Shown: positions 29,745-39,937, counted from the stretch's first letter. The stretch is DNA of 64,000 bases from Synergistaceae bacterium (GCA_031274425.1 JAISQE010000067.1:1-64000), one strand, 5' to 3'. Made by a program: numbers and translations. The notes: generated from the sequence alone by a model not told the origin.

Positions 29745-32700
29745 TTACAGCGCCATCTCGGCCGCGGGGATCTCCTTACCCAACTTGCGCAGGGCGGAGG
29801 CTAAAATCCAGCGCAGGCTCCGCGCGCCCTGAGGCGGCAGCGGGCCCATGCGCACTTCCAGCTTCGCGCCGCTGAACGCGCCGGTGTAGGTTCCCTCGCG
29901 TTCCGCCCAAGCCGTGATCGGCAGAAGCAGGTCGAAAGAGCCTTCGCAAACGTTGGAGGCTAACAGAACTTTCTTCGCGCTTTTCGCTTCTTTCGGCATG
30001 TCCGCGAGACCGAAATCGTCGGGCGTGCAGTCGACGAAGAGGGCCACGTTGGCGTCGCCGGTTTTTATCGCGTCGACCGCCGCCTCCGGGCTGTGGGTGA
30101 CCAGGTTCGAACCCAGAAGCCCTCCCGCGTTCGCGCCCAGGGAAGAAAGGCTCTTCAAGTTTTCGGGGAAAGCGGACAGGTCGCCCCCGAACTCCACGGC
30201 TTTGGCCAAAAGCGTCGTCTTCCGAACCAACTCGGCGACGTCCGCCTTTACCTTGCCCTTCGGCGTCTCGGACTCGAAGGACGCCAGCAGCGCGTTCACC
30301 TGGGCGGCGTCGACCCCGAAACCCTTCGCGGCCACGACGCACCTCTGGCCTTCGCGGTCGCAGGCGTCGCGAAGGGACTTGACCGCCGCGATCTCCTGAT
30401 CCGTCAAAGAAGTCCCCAAAAATATGGCGACCTTGGCGTCCGCGGATTCCGAGGGGCTCAAAATTTCCGAGAGCTTTTCGACGGCCTCGCTCCAATCGAT
30501 GGATTTTTTTTCGGTTTTTCCGGCCATCGGTTCCGCCAAACGGTTGTTCGTCACGTCCTGGAAGTGATAGCGGCCCCGCAGACAGGTCAGACCGCGATTC
30601 GGGGAATCCACCGCGTCCATGTCCGTCGTGACGCGGGCGATTCGGGTGCGTTCCGCGTCCGTGTTCACAAGCAGCTCGCAGCCCAGGGGGCAGTGCGGGC
30701 AGGTGGTCTTCGTCGTCTTCATCTTGTTTTGGTGCGGCAGCCGCTCCACCCGGCGTTCCAATAGAGCCCCCACGGGGCAAAGCTGCGAGCACAATCCGCA
30801 GAACGTGCAGTCGGAGTGTTCCATGTCCTTGTAGAACTGCGGAGACAGAATCGATTCGAATCCGCGTTGGGCGAAATCGATGGCGTGAACCCCCGCCACC
30901 TCGTCGCAGACGCGGACGCAGCGCCCGCAGAGAATGCACTTGTCCATATTGCGGACGTAATAGCGGTTCACGACCTCCCGCTTCGGAACGTGAGCGCCAG
31001 CCACCCTCTCGGGGTGGACTTCCAGGTCAATGGCGAACTCCCTCAGCCGGCACTCGTGCACGTCGGGGCAGCCGCACTCCATGCAACGGGAGGCTTCGTG
31101 AAGCGCCTGAGGCTCCGTGAAGCCGTAGTTGTATTCCACGTCGGGGGCCTTCAGGCGCACCTCCGCGGGCTCCTCTCGGGGGTGCTCGCGCGGGGTTTTC
31201 TCCACGTGGGTGAAGTCCTTCGGTCCCAAATCGGGATTGGTGACGTCGTAGACGAATTTCTTTTTCGGCGTTCCCTGTTTGAAATAATGATCCACCGACT
31301 CCGCGCACCAGTGGCCGTTGCCGATCGCCTCGATGGCGATTTTCGCGCCGGTCTGCTGGTCGCCGCAGGAAAACACACCGGGCAGCGGCGTGGCGTAGTT
31401 TTCGTCCACCTTCATGCGCCGCCCGTCGTGCAGCTCGACGGGCACGTCGGCGAAGTTCACTCCCTGCCCGATGGCGGCGATGACGTTGTCCACGTCGAGA
31501 ACGAGTTCCTCGCCCGTGGGGACGGGGCTGCGCCGGCCGGAGGCGTCGGGCTCTCCCAGCTTCATGCGCTCGCACACCAGGCGCTCGACCTTGCCGTTCC
31601 CCTCGATGGCTTTGGGGGCCGCCAGGTAGACGAACTCCACCCCTTCCTCCATGGCCTCGCGAATTTCCACGTCCTCGGCGGGCATCTCCTCGCGCGTTCG
31701 GCGATAGACGACGTAAACTTTTTCCGCGCCCAGACGGCGGGCGCTGCGGCAGGCGTCCATCGCGGTGTTGCCCCCGCCGACGACGGCCACGCGATTGCCG
31801 AGCCGGAACCCGGGCTCGGGGAGGATGGTTCCGCCGAGCCCTCCCCTCGGATTGCGGGTGTTGACCGTGTAGAGAAAGTCGATGCCCCCCACGACCCCCG
31901 GCAGGTTCTCGCCCTCTACCCGCATGGACGAGGACTTCCAGCAACCCATCGCCAGCACGACGGCGTCGTAGCGAGAACGCAAAGCCGTCAGGCTGATGTC
32001 CTTGCCCAGCGCCGCGCCGGTCTCCACCGTCACTCCATGGTCCAGGATCCACCGCGCTTCGGCGTCCACCACCGAAGGGGGCAGGCGATAGTCCGGGATT
32101 CCGTAGCGCATCATTCCGCCCAACTGCCGTTCCCGCTCGTAGATCGTGACGCCGTAGCCCATACGCCGCGCAAAGTACGCGAAGGACAGCCCCGCGGGGC
32201 CGCCTCCGACCACGGCGATCTTCTTCCCGTTTTCGATGATCTTGGGGATGTCGCCCAGTCCCCGCTCCTCGCGGCTCATCGCCCAGTCCGCCACGAATCG
32301 TTTGATCTCTCGAATCGAGACCGTTTCGTCCACTAAGTTTCTGCGGCATTTCGTTTGGCATGGAGCGGGGCAGACGCGTCCGATGCTGGCGGGCATGGTC
32401 ACATGGTCGTGGAGCTCGTCGAGGGCCTCCCGATATTTTCCCTGCGCCGTCAGGTTGACGTAGGACTGCACCTTCCCCTGAGCGGGGCAGGCCAGGTTGC
32501 AGGGGGGGCGGCAGTCTCCCACATGGTCGGAAAGCATCAGCTCCAGGGCCAGCCGGCGGGCCGCCAAGACGCGGGTCGTGTCGGTGCGGACCACCATGCC
32601 GGGCGCAATGGCGTTGGTGCAGGCCCGCATCAGGGCGCGCGCGCCCTCGATCTCCACGAGGCACACCGAGCATCCTCCGTGAACGGACAAATGGGGGTCG

Positions 32701-32828
32701 TAGCAAAGCGTCGGGATCTTGATTCCGGCTTCGCCGCACAGCTCCAGCACCTTCTGCCCCGGATAGCCGTAAACGGCCTTTCCGTCGATCGTCACTTTTA
32801 TCGTTCTGTCGATTCTATTCATCGTCAT
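29745..32828 (-). CDS. NuoG-like Fe-S subunit with inserted GltD-like FAD/NAD(P)-binding domain (Nfn-Bfu-type catalytic subunit)
   Basis: N-terminal 2Fe-2S (CYDPHLSVHGGCSVC), GltD-like domain (AVVGGGPAGL...VAVVGGGNTAMD), 2x4Fe-4S (CILCGRCVRVC, CTFCGLCSQLCP), MopB-type Fe-S (TCPHCPLGC) and a truncated molybdopterin-oxidoreductase-like C-terminus. True start ATG 32828 with GGGAGG RBS; the 1171-aa ORF N-terminus is artefact. Confidence 0.8.
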   Translation of the reverse strand: MTMNRIDRTIKVTIDGKAVYGYPGQKVLELCGEAGIKIPTLCYDPHLSVHGGCSVCLVEIEGARALMRACTNAIAPGMVVRTDTTRVLAARRLALELMLSDHVGDCRPPCNLACPAQGKVQSYVNLTAQGKYREALDELHDHVTMPASIGRVCPAPCQTKCRRNLVDETVSIREIKRFVADWAMSREERGLGDIPKIIENGKKIAVVGGGPAGLSFAYFARRMGYGVTIYERERQLGGMMRYGIPDYRLPPSVVDAEARWILDHGVTVETGAALGKDISLTALRSRYDAVVLAMGCWKSSSMRVEGENLPGVVGGIDFLYTVNTRNPRGGLGGTILPEPGFRLGNRVAVVGGGNTAMDACRSARRLGAEKVYVVYRRTREEMPAEDVEIREAMEEGVEFVYLAAPKAIEGNGKVERLVCERMKLGEPDASGRRSPVPTGEELVLDVDNVIAAIGQGVNFADVPVELHDGRRMKVDENYATPLPGVFSCGDQQTGAKIAIEAIGNGHWCAESVDHYFKQGTPKKKFVYDVTNPDLGPKDFTHVEKTPREHPREEPAEVRLKAPDVEYNYGFTEPQALHEASRCMECGCPDVHECRLREFAIDLEVHPERVAGAHVPKREVVNRYYVRNMDKCILCGRCVRVCDEVAGVHAIDFAQRGFESILSPQFYKDMEHSDCTFCGLCSQLCPVGALLERRVERLPHQNKMKTTKTTCPHCPLGCELLVNTDAERTRIARVTTDMDAVDSPNRGLTCLRGRYHFQDVTNNRLAEPMAGKTEKKSIDWSEAVEKLSEILSPSESADAKVAIFLGTSLTDQEIAAVKSLRDACDREGQRCVVAAKGFGVDAAQVNALLASFESETPKGKVKADVAELVRKTTLLAKAVEFGGDLSAFPENLKSLSSLGANAGGLLGSNLVTHSPEAAVDAIKTGDANVALFVDCTPDDFGLADMPKEAKSAKKVLLASNVCEGSFDLLLPITAWAEREGTYTGAFSGAKLEVRMGPLPPQGARSLRWILASALRKLGKEIPAAEMAL

Positions 32829-32836
32829 GTCCTCCC

Positions 32837-34726
32837 CTAGTCCACCGAAATACACGAAACCGGGCAGTTTTTCTTGCAGAGGCCGCAGCGGACGCAGACG
32901 TCGTCGTCGATACGGTGCGGCGTTTTCACGGTTCCCGTGATCGCGCTCACCGGGCAGGCCTTCGTGCAGCGCGTGCACCCGATGCAGCGCGACGCGTCGA
33001 TGGAGTAATGGATCAGCGGCGCGCATACCTTTGCCGGGCATTTTTTGTCGACGATATGAGCGATATACTCGTCCCGGAAGTATTTGAGCGTCGTCTGCAC
33101 GGGGTTCGGCGCGGTTTGCCCCAATCCGCAGAGGGAGCCGTCCTTGATTTGTCCGGCGAGGCTCGACAGTTTGTCGATGTCTTCGAGCACGCCCTCGCCT
33201 CTCGTGATCTTCTCCAGAATTTCGAGCATCCGTTTGGTGCCGATGCGGCAGAACGGGCATTTTCCGCAGGATTCCTTCTGCACGAAGGCCAGGAAGAAGC
33301 GCGCCACATCCACGACGCAGGTGTCCTCGTCCATGACGACCATGCCCCCCGACCCCATGATGGCGCCCGTGGCGTTGATGGACTCGTAGTCCACCGGCGT
33401 GTCCAGAAGATGTTCGGGCACGCAGCCCCCCGACGGGCCTCCAAGCTGCACCGCCTTGAACTTGCGGTCGTTTTCGATGCCCCCCGCGATGTCGTAGATG
33501 ACCTCGCGCAGGGGCATTCCCATCGGCACCTCGGCCAAGCCGCCTTTTTTGATTTTTCCGGCCAAGGCGAAGACCTTCGTTCCCTTACTGCGGCCGTGTC
33601 CGTACTGGTTGAACGCGCTCGCCCCGTGCAGCAGAATCCAGGGCACGTTGGCGTAGGTCTCCACGTTATTGATGTTCGTGGGTTTTTTCCATACCCCGCT
33701 GTTGGCGGGGAAAGGGGGGCGCGGACGCGGCATCCCGCGTTGCCCCTCGATCGAGGCGATCAGCGCCGTTTCCTCGCCGCAGACGAACGCGCCGGCGCCT
33801 TCTTTGACGTAGACGTCGAAGTCGAAATCCGGGTCGCCCAGGATGCTTTTTCCCAAAAACCCTCGTTCCCGCGCTTGGTCCAGAGCGATGTTGACGTGCT
33901 GGATCGCCATGGGGTACTCCGCGCGGCAATAAATCACCCCGTGGGAGGCCCCGACGGAGTAAGCGCCGATGGCCATTCCCTCGATGACGCTGTGGGGGTC
34001 GCTCTCCAGGACGGAGCGGTCCATGAACGCGCCGGGGTCGCCCTCGTCCGCGTTGCAAACCATGTATTTATCGACGCCGTTCGGGTTCGAGGCGTTGGAT
34101 TGACCGGCCTTGGCGTCGCGGGCGAAACGCCACTTCATCCCCGTGGGGAAACCCGCTCCTCCTCTGCCGCGAAGCCCGCTGTCCAGAACCTCTTTGATGG
34201 CGTCGTCGCGAGTCATCTCCTTGACCGCTCTGGAGAGCCCTCTATATCCGTCGCGGGCGATATATTCGTCGATGTTTTTGGGGTCGATGAGTCCGCTGTT
34301 GCGCAGAACGATGCGCACTTGTTTGTCCGCGCGCGGGTTCTCGCTGCCTTTTTCGGTCTCGTTTTCGGCCCCGCCGCCTGGCGAAGCCTCCGATCCCGTC
34401 AGGATCAAGTGTTCTTTCACAATGCTGTTTTTATTCACGTGTTCGTCGACGACGCGGCGCAGGACTTCCACGTCCACTTTGCCGTAGGTGTAGCTTTTTC
34501 CATCCCGTATCACGCTCACCAGAGGCTCCATGTAGCAGTAGCCGATACAGCCCACCTTTTTGATCTCCACGTCCTCGCGGCCGGCCAGGAGCTTTTCCAA
34601 CTCCTCGGCGACAGGAAGCCCGCCCGAGGCGACTCCGCAGCTTGCCAGCCCAATCGTTACCGTCGTCTTGTTCAATGCGACACCCCCGTTTGTTTCAACT
34701 CGTGTATTTGCAAACTCCGCGGACAA
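32837..34726 (-). CDS. NuoF-like NADH-binding flavoprotein subunit (HydB/HndC-like) with extra N-terminal 2Fe-2S and C-terminal 2x[4Fe-4S] domains
   Basis: 629 aa: FMN/NADH-binding core (GGAGFPTGMKW), SLBB, 4Fe-4S, plus ferredoxin motifs CIGCTRCTKACP / CVRCGLCKKNCP. Confidence 0.9.
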   Translation of the reverse strand: MSAEFANTRVETNGGVALNKTTVTIGLASCGVASGGLPVAEELEKLLAGREDVEIKKVGCIGYCYMEPLVSVIRDGKSYTYGKVDVEVLRRVVDEHVNKNSIVKEHLILTGSEASPGGGAENETEKGSENPRADKQVRIVLRNSGLIDPKNIDEYIARDGYRGLSRAVKEMTRDDAIKEVLDSGLRGRGGAGFPTGMKWRFARDAKAGQSNASNPNGVDKYMVCNADEGDPGAFMDRSVLESDPHSVIEGMAIGAYSVGASHGVIYCRAEYPMAIQHVNIALDQARERGFLGKSILGDPDFDFDVYVKEGAGAFVCGEETALIASIEGQRGMPRPRPPFPANSGVWKKPTNINNVETYANVPWILLHGASAFNQYGHGRSKGTKVFALAGKIKKGGLAEVPMGMPLREVIYDIAGGIENDRKFKAVQLGGPSGGCVPEHLLDTPVDYESINATGAIMGSGGMVVMDEDTCVVDVARFFLAFVQKESCGKCPFCRIGTKRMLEILEKITRGEGVLEDIDKLSSLAGQIKDGSLCGLGQTAPNPVQTTLKYFRDEYIAHIVDKKCPAKVCAPLIHYSIDASRCIGCTRCTKACPVSAITGTVKTPHRIDDDVCVRCGLCKKNCPVSCISVD

Positions 34727-34739
34727 TGCGGCCGCCTGG

Positions 34740-35228
34740 CTACCTCTTGCGCAGCTCTTCCAACACCCCTACCGCCTTTTCGGGCGTCAGGCGGCCATGG
34801 ACTTCGGTCCCCACCAGCATCACCGGAGCTAGACTGCAACAGCCCAGGCACGCCACGTATTGCAGGGTGAACATCAAGTCCTCCGTCGTTTCCCCGTCTT
34901 TTATCCCCAAGGATCTTTCGATTTGCTCCGCAACGCGCCCGGAGCCCTGAACATGGCAGGCTGTTCCCCGGCACAGGCGAATGACGTGCTTTCCCTGCGG
35001 CCGAAAACGGAACATCGCGTAGAACGTCGCGACTCCGAAAAGCTCCGCCGCCGGAATCGCAAGCTGCGAACTGACGTAGTTCACGGCCTCCTCGGCTACG
35101 TAACCCACCTCCCTTTGTACGTCCGCCAACAGCGGAATGGCGACCCCCTCTTTACCGCGATACTTTTCGACGATCGGAGCAAGTCGAGCCTCCAGGTCCG
35201 GAATGGCTCCTGCAACAGCCGTGGTCAT
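34740..35228 (-). CDS. NuoE-like thioredoxin-fold 2Fe-2S subunit
   Basis: 162 aa; CRGTACHVQG...CLGCCSLAPV cysteine pattern of NuoE/HndA. Confidence 0.9.
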   Translation of the reverse strand: MTTAVAGAIPDLEARLAPIVEKYRGKEGVAIPLLADVQREVGYVAEEAVNYVSSQLAIPAAELFGVATFYAMFRFRPQGKHVIRLCRGTACHVQGSGRVAEQIERSLGIKDGETTEDLMFTLQYVACLGCCSLAPVMLVGTEVHGRLTPEKAVGVLEELRKR

Positions 35229-35315
35229 TAAACATCAGCCCCTCTATTGTGATATCATTTGCGATGACGGAGAACATTGCTTTAGTGTATCCTCAGGAAG
35301 TCATGAACGCAAGGC

Positions 35316-35336
35316 GACTTTCCGGGTGACTTTCCG
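35316..35336. promoter_or_regulatory. tandem direct repeat GACTTTCCG-GGT-GACTTTCCG in the divergent nuoE-like / V4R intergenic region
   Basis: Two exact 9-mers with a 12-bp period, seen directly in the sequence. Confidence 0.35.
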
Positions 35337-35415
35337 AGCGATCGAGGGTCCGCCGGCGAAAGCGCGAACTTGAAAATGAGATTCTCGAAAAAATCTTGAA
35401 GGAGGTTGTAACGAA

Positions 35416-35949
35416 GTGGAAAATGTATTTTCTGAGGGCATGGGACACAGTTCGTTTTCTTGGGAGAACCTTGGGGACATCAAAGAGGGCCGGGGAGATC
35501 TGGGCGAGGATATGCCGGTGTTGGTGTATCGTCTCATGCAGTACACGATGCTGGACGAGCTGAGCAAGGCTTACGGACCGGAGGTGGCCAACGACCACTT
35601 CCGCAACGCCGGGTTTTTGGCGGGTACCGAGTTTGCCAAAAACGTGTTGGATCTGACGCTGGATTTCAACGCCTTCGTCGCCAATCTGCAAAAAACTTTG
35701 CAAGAACTTAAAGTCGGTATTTTGCGCATGGAGGCCTTCGACGCCGGCACCGGAAATATCGTGTTGACCGTGGGGCAGGACCTGGACTGCAGCGGTCTCC
35801 CGGTGACCAATGAAACCGTCTGCAATTACGACGAGGGGTTCATCGCCGGGATTCTGGAGGCGTACACCGGTAAAAAGTACAACGTGCGCGAGGTCGACTG
35901 CTGGGCGAATGGAGACCGAGTCTGCAGATTCCAAGGCGCTGTTCTGTAG
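35416..35949 (+). CDS. V4R (4-vinyl reductase) domain protein
   Basis: 177 aa; V4R signature near the C-terminus (ETVCNYDEGFIAGILEAYTGKKY) with conserved Cys pair. GTG start with AAGGAGG RBS. Confidence 0.7.
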   Translation: MENVFSEGMGHSSFSWENLGDIKEGRGDLGEDMPVLVYRLMQYTMLDELSKAYGPEVANDHFRNAGFLAGTEFAKNVLDLTLDFNAFVANLQKTLQELKVGILRMEAFDAGTGNIVLTVGQDLDCSGLPVTNETVCNYDEGFIAGILEAYTGKKYNVREVDCWANGDRVCRFQGAVL

Positions 35950-35987
35950 TGTAAAGACGGCGTAAGGACAAGGAGGGAGAACGCATC

Positions 35988-38501
35988 TTGGCGGAGGATC
36001 GCCTCCAGGTTCTCGACGAGCACCTGTTCAAATACCTGCGTGATGTGATGTATGCCCCCTCCAAAGCGAAGTTGGATCTGAGCCTGATTCCAGACGAGCT
36101 GCAGCGGTTTGGCAAAGGGTTGCTGTTTTTTTGCGAGTGTGCGATGGAGACCGCTTCGGTGGCAAAAGCGATGTCGAAGGGGGCTTTGAGCGGCTCCTTC
36201 CCCTCGCGGCAGAACGAGATGGCGTCCCCGCTGAAATCGTTGCACGCTTCTCTGAGTCATTTGACCTGGCAGACGCAACAGGTTGCCCAAGGCGACTACA
36301 GTCAGCGCGTGAATTTTATGGGAGATTTTGCCGACGCTTTCAATACCATGGTCCAACAGCTGGACGAGCGCTGGAAATCCCTGGAGGACCTCTATCATCG
36401 GAACAGCGCGTATATCCGACTCATCCATAAGGTCGGGGGAAATTTGCTGTCTATCGGCGGTTCCGGATACGCCGACGCCGTGGTCAACTCCTTGAAAGAT
36501 CTGTGCGAGACCTTCGATTGCGCGGGTTTGTCGCTGTGGCAGGCGGACAACGAAGGAAAACGCTTCAAGCGCCTGTTCCACTGGCCGACGGACGACGGCG
36601 GTTTTTCGTTCATGATAAAAAAAGACTGGCCGACGGATTGGTTGGAAAAACTGTTCGCCGGAGAATCGATTTCCCTCGTTGGGGGGGTGTCCTGGGAGGG
36701 GCTTTTTCCTCAGGACGTCCATGCGTTTACGGCAATCCCGCTCGTGATCAAGGGCAGTTTCTGGGGGTTTATGGCCATGCCGAGCCGCCAAGAAAGGTCC
36801 TACTCCCAAGAGGAGATGTCGGTCATGACGGCCATCGGAATTTTGGTCGTTTCCGCCATTCTCGAAAAAGAGATGACCGACTCCCTGATCGCCGTCAAGG
36901 ACGCCGCGCTGAAGGCGACGCGCGTAAAAAGCGAGTTTTTGTCTCGAATGAGCCATGAGATGCGCACGCCGATGAACGCCATCATCGGCATGGCCAGTAT
37001 CGCCGAGGGAACGGACGACAAGGAGAAACTGCGTTTCTGCCTTTCCACCATCGGAACGTCGGCGAACCATCTGTTGAATTTGATCAACGACGTGCTCGAC
37101 ATGTCCAAGATCGAGGCCGGAAAACTCGAACTCGACGCCAGCCCTTTCGACATCGAAAAAATGCTGATGAAGGTCTGCAACATTCTCGAGGAAAAGGTGG
37201 ACCAGAAAAACCAGGACCTGCGCGTCGTGATAGAAAAAGGAACGGCTCTGCGCTACGTCGGAGACGAAATGCGCCTCTCGCAGGTGGTGACCAATCTCTT
37301 CGGCAACGCGGTGAAATTCACGCCGGAAAAAGGAAAGATCCTGTTGACCGTCAAGGAGGTGGAACGCCGAGGGGATCGCAGCCGGCTCCGATTTTCCGTT
37401 TCCGACACCGGAATCGGAATGACCCGGGAACAAACGGAACGGCTTTTCGGCGCTTTTCAACAGGCCGACGCCAGCATCGCCAAGCGTTATGGCGGGACGG
37501 GGCTCGGGCTCGCCATTTCGCAGAAGATCGTCGAACAAATGGACGGACGGATAGAGGTCGCGTCAGAGCCCGGTAAGGGAACCACGTTTGTCTTCGAGGT
37601 GGAGATCGAACGCGACCCCCGTCAGGAGAGCGACGCGGTTTTCGGCGGGCCGCCGGGGATTCGGGTGCTGATCGTAGACGCGGACCCCGATTCGTCGGAG
37701 CAGTTCAAGGCCGTTACCGACCGATTCGGCATTGCCTCGGACGTCGTCGCGACCTCCTCGGAGGCGATGCCGCTTCTGGACGCCGCGGTCCAAAACGGAA
37801 GCCCCTACGACGCGATTTTTCTGGATCAGGACCTGCCGGACGAGGACGTGCTCGAAGCCGTCGGCTCGCTCTCCTCCGGGATAGACAAAAATACCGTGGT
37901 CATCGTGACGTCCTTTCTAAAATGGAATAAAATCGAACAGGAGGCAAACCGGCTCGGGGTTCATCGATTTTTGACAAAACCTTTGTTTCCCTCCTCCCTG
38001 CGGGACGTGATCGAAGAACTGATCGAAAGCGGCAAAAGCGGCCCGAAAAGCGAGGCGGGCGAGGACGCCCCGGAGGGTTCCGAGGATCAGGCGATTGAAA
38101 ATCAGGCGATCGATCTTTCCGGAAAACGAATTCTCTTGACCGACGACGTGGAGATCAATCGCCTGATCGTCAGAGAGCTGTTGGAGGACACGAACGTCAG
38201 TATCGACGAGGCGGAAAACGGCGAAAAGGCCTTGTTCCTATTCGAACAATCGGCGGAGAATTACTACGACATGGTGTTCATGGATATTCAGATGCCCGGG
38301 ATCGACGGTTATGAAACGGCTCGACGCATTCGGGCATTGACGCGTTCGGACGCCAAAAGCGTGCTTATCATAGCATTGACGGCGAACGCCTACAAAGAAG
38401 ACGCCGAAAAAGCGCTGGAAGCGGGGATGGATGGGCACCTTGCGAAGCCAATCGATATCGACGAAGTACGGAATTTTCTCGCGGAACGATTGAAAAAGTG
38501 A
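35988..38501 (+). CDS. soluble hybrid sensor histidine kinase (HAMP-like, GAF, HisKA, HATPase_c, two receiver domains)
   Basis: H-box [14 protein letters not shown]; N/G boxes; two C-terminal REC domains (second has [10 protein letters not shown]...[13 protein letters not shown]). No TM segments. Confidence 0.9.
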   Translation: MAEDRLQVLDEHLFKYLRDVMYAPSKAKLDLSLIPDELQRFGKGLLFFCECAMETASVAKAMSKGALSGSFPSRQNEMASPLKSLHASLSHLTWQTQQVAQGDYSQRVNFMGDFADAFNTMVQQLDERWKSLEDLYHRNSAYIRLIHKVGGNLLSIGGSGYADAVVNSLKDLCETFDCAGLSLWQADNEGKRFKRLFHWPTDDGGFSFMIKKDWPTDWLEKLFAGESISLVGGVSWEGLFPQDVHAFTAIPLVIKGSFWGFMAMPSRQERSYSQEEMSVMTAIGILVVSAILEKEMTDSLIAVKDAALKATRVKSEFLSRMSHEMRTPMNAIIGMASIAEGTDDKEKLRFCLSTIGTSANHLLNLINDVLDMSKIEAGKLELDASPFDIEKMLMKVCNILEEKVDQKNQDLRVVIEKGTALRYVGDEMRLSQVVTNLFGNAVKFTPEKGKILLTVKEVERRGDRSRLRFSVSDTGIGMTREQTERLFGAFQQADASIAKRYGGTGLGLAISQKIVEQMDGRIEVASEPGKGTTFVFEVEIERDPRQESDAVFGGPPGIRVLIVDADPDSSEQFKAVTDRFGIASDVVATSSEAMPLLDAAVQNGSPYDAIFLDQDLPDEDVLEAVGSLSSGIDKNTVVIVTSFLKWNKIEQEANRLGVHRFLTKPLFPSSLRDVIEELIESGKSGPKSEAGEDAPEGSEDQAIENQAIDLSGKRILLTDDVEINRLIVRELLEDTNVSIDEAENGEKALFLFEQSAENYYDMVFMDIQMPGIDGYETARRIRALTRSDAKSVLIIALTANAYKEDAEKALEAGMDGHLAKPIDIDEVRNFLAERLKK

Positions 38502-38551
38502 TGACTGCCCTATCGAGTAAAATCTGGGATTTTTGAGAGGAGGTTTTACGG

Positions 38552-39937
38552 GTGAACGAAAAAACGCTTTTGTCGCTGGCTTATGGAGCGGCGTTCACGG
38601 GGGGCGAACGCGCCGTCGCCTTTTCCGAACTGGAGAGCTTGGCGCCGCGATTCAAAGACGGCGACGCCTGGTTGCGTAAAAACGCCTTGGAGGGCAAGGA
38701 AGGTTTTGGATGGATCGGCCTGCCCAAACGCAACGTAGACGACGTCCAAACCTTGTCGCGCTGGCTGGCGACGCGGGATTCGATCGTGCAAGTGGGAATC
38801 GGCGGCTCCGCCCTGGGGAATCTGATGCTTCACGGTGCGCTTCTGCCTCCGTATTGGAACGAGCGCTCGAAGGCAAAGCGAGGGGGGCCCCGCTTCTTTA
38901 TGTCCGACAACGTGGACCCCGTCGACAACCGCGCTATATGGGAGCTGATCGACCCCGAGAGCACCGCCGTGATCGTCGTCAGCAAGTCCGGCAGCACGGC
39001 GGAGACGGCCTCGAATTTCTTGTTCTTCTGGGAAAAGCTTAGGGATACCCTGGGCGAGGCCGCGGCGCGGGAGCGCGTCGTCGTCGTGACGGACAAAGAA
39101 AAGGGCATTCTGCGCCCCTTCGTCGACGAGACGGGCTGCAAAAGTTTGATCCTTCCCGAGGACGTGGGAGGTCGCTTTTCCGTTCTGTCCTGCGTGGGGC
39201 TGCTTTCGGCGTGGGCGTTGGGCATCGACTGCAAGGCGCTTCTCTCCGGAGCCGCCGCTGTGGACGAGTCTATCGCGAAAGCCGGATCGGTCTTGGAAAA
39301 TCCCGCTTGGATCCTGGCGGGGCTTTCTTATCTTCACATGAAAAAAGGACGTAACGTCAACGTCCTGATGCCCTACGTCGACGCGCTGGAGCGTTTTGGC
39401 GAGTGGTTCGCTCAGCTATGGGGCGAGTCCATAGGGAAGGACGGCCAGGGCTCGACGCCGGTGCGGGCGTTAGGGGCCGTCGACCAGCATTCGCAAATTC
39501 AGCTTTACACGTCGGGGCCGGACGACAAGCTCTACACGATCCTGACCGTGACCCAGGGACAAAAAGACATCGCTTTGCCCGCGGCCCCGGAAAAAGCCTT
39601 CGAAAAACTTTCGTATCTTTATGGGAAATCTATGGACGAACTGCGCAACTTCGAGGCCTTCGCCACCGCAGCCGCGCTGTCCAAAGAAGGGCGGCCCGTG
39701 ACGACGCTTTCGATTCCCGTTCTGGACGCTTACCACCTGGGCGGGTTGATCCAGTTTTACGAGTACGTCACGGGGATGATGGGGCATCTGATGCAGGTGA
39801 ACCCCTTCGACCAACCCGGAGTGGAGCAGGGCAAAAACTACACCTACGGTTTGATGGGACGGAGCGGTTTCGAGAACCAAGCGCGGGAGGTGCGGGCCCT
39901 TGCTTCCAAAATCAACGAGCGCGCGGTGACGTTCTAG
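38552..39937 (+). CDS. pgi: glucose-6-phosphate isomerase
   Basis: 461 aa bacterial-type PGI; QVGIGGSALGN motif. Confidence 0.85.
   Translation: MNEKTLLSLAYGAAFTGGERAVAFSELESLAPRFKDGDAWLRKNALEGKEGFGWIGLPKRNVDDVQTLSRWLATRDSIVQVGIGGSALGNLMLHGALLPPYWNERSKAKRGGPRFFMSDNVDPVDNRAIWELIDPESTAVIVVSKSGSTAETASNFLFFWEKLRDTLGEAAARERVVVVTDKEKGILRPFVDETGCKSLILPEDVGGRFSVLSCVGLLSAWALGIDCKALLSGAAAVDESIAKAGSVLENPAWILAGLSYLHMKKGRNVNVLMPYVDALERFGEWFAQLWGESIGKDGQGSTPVRALGAVDQHSQIQLYTSGPDDKLYTILTVTQGQKDIALPAAPEKAFEKLSYLYGKSMDELRNFEAFATAAALSKEGRPVTTLSIPVLDAYHLGGLIQFYEYVTGMMGHLMQVNPFDQPGVEQGKNYTYGLMGRSGFENQAREVRALASKINERAVTF

Noticed and set aside
32829-33260. N-terminal 144-aa extension of the 1171-aa ORF
   Set aside because: It overlaps the 3' end of the nuoF-like gene in another frame, has nonsense composition, and the true start (ATG 32828) has a perfect GGGAGG RBS.
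35236-35262. Rex-like operator (TTGTGATATCATTTGCGA) upstream of the nuoE-like gene
   Set aside because: Only one half-site (TTGTGA) matches the TTGTGAA-N4-TTCACAA consensus; the second half is TTTGCGA. It also overlaps the RBS-proximal region. Too weak to call.
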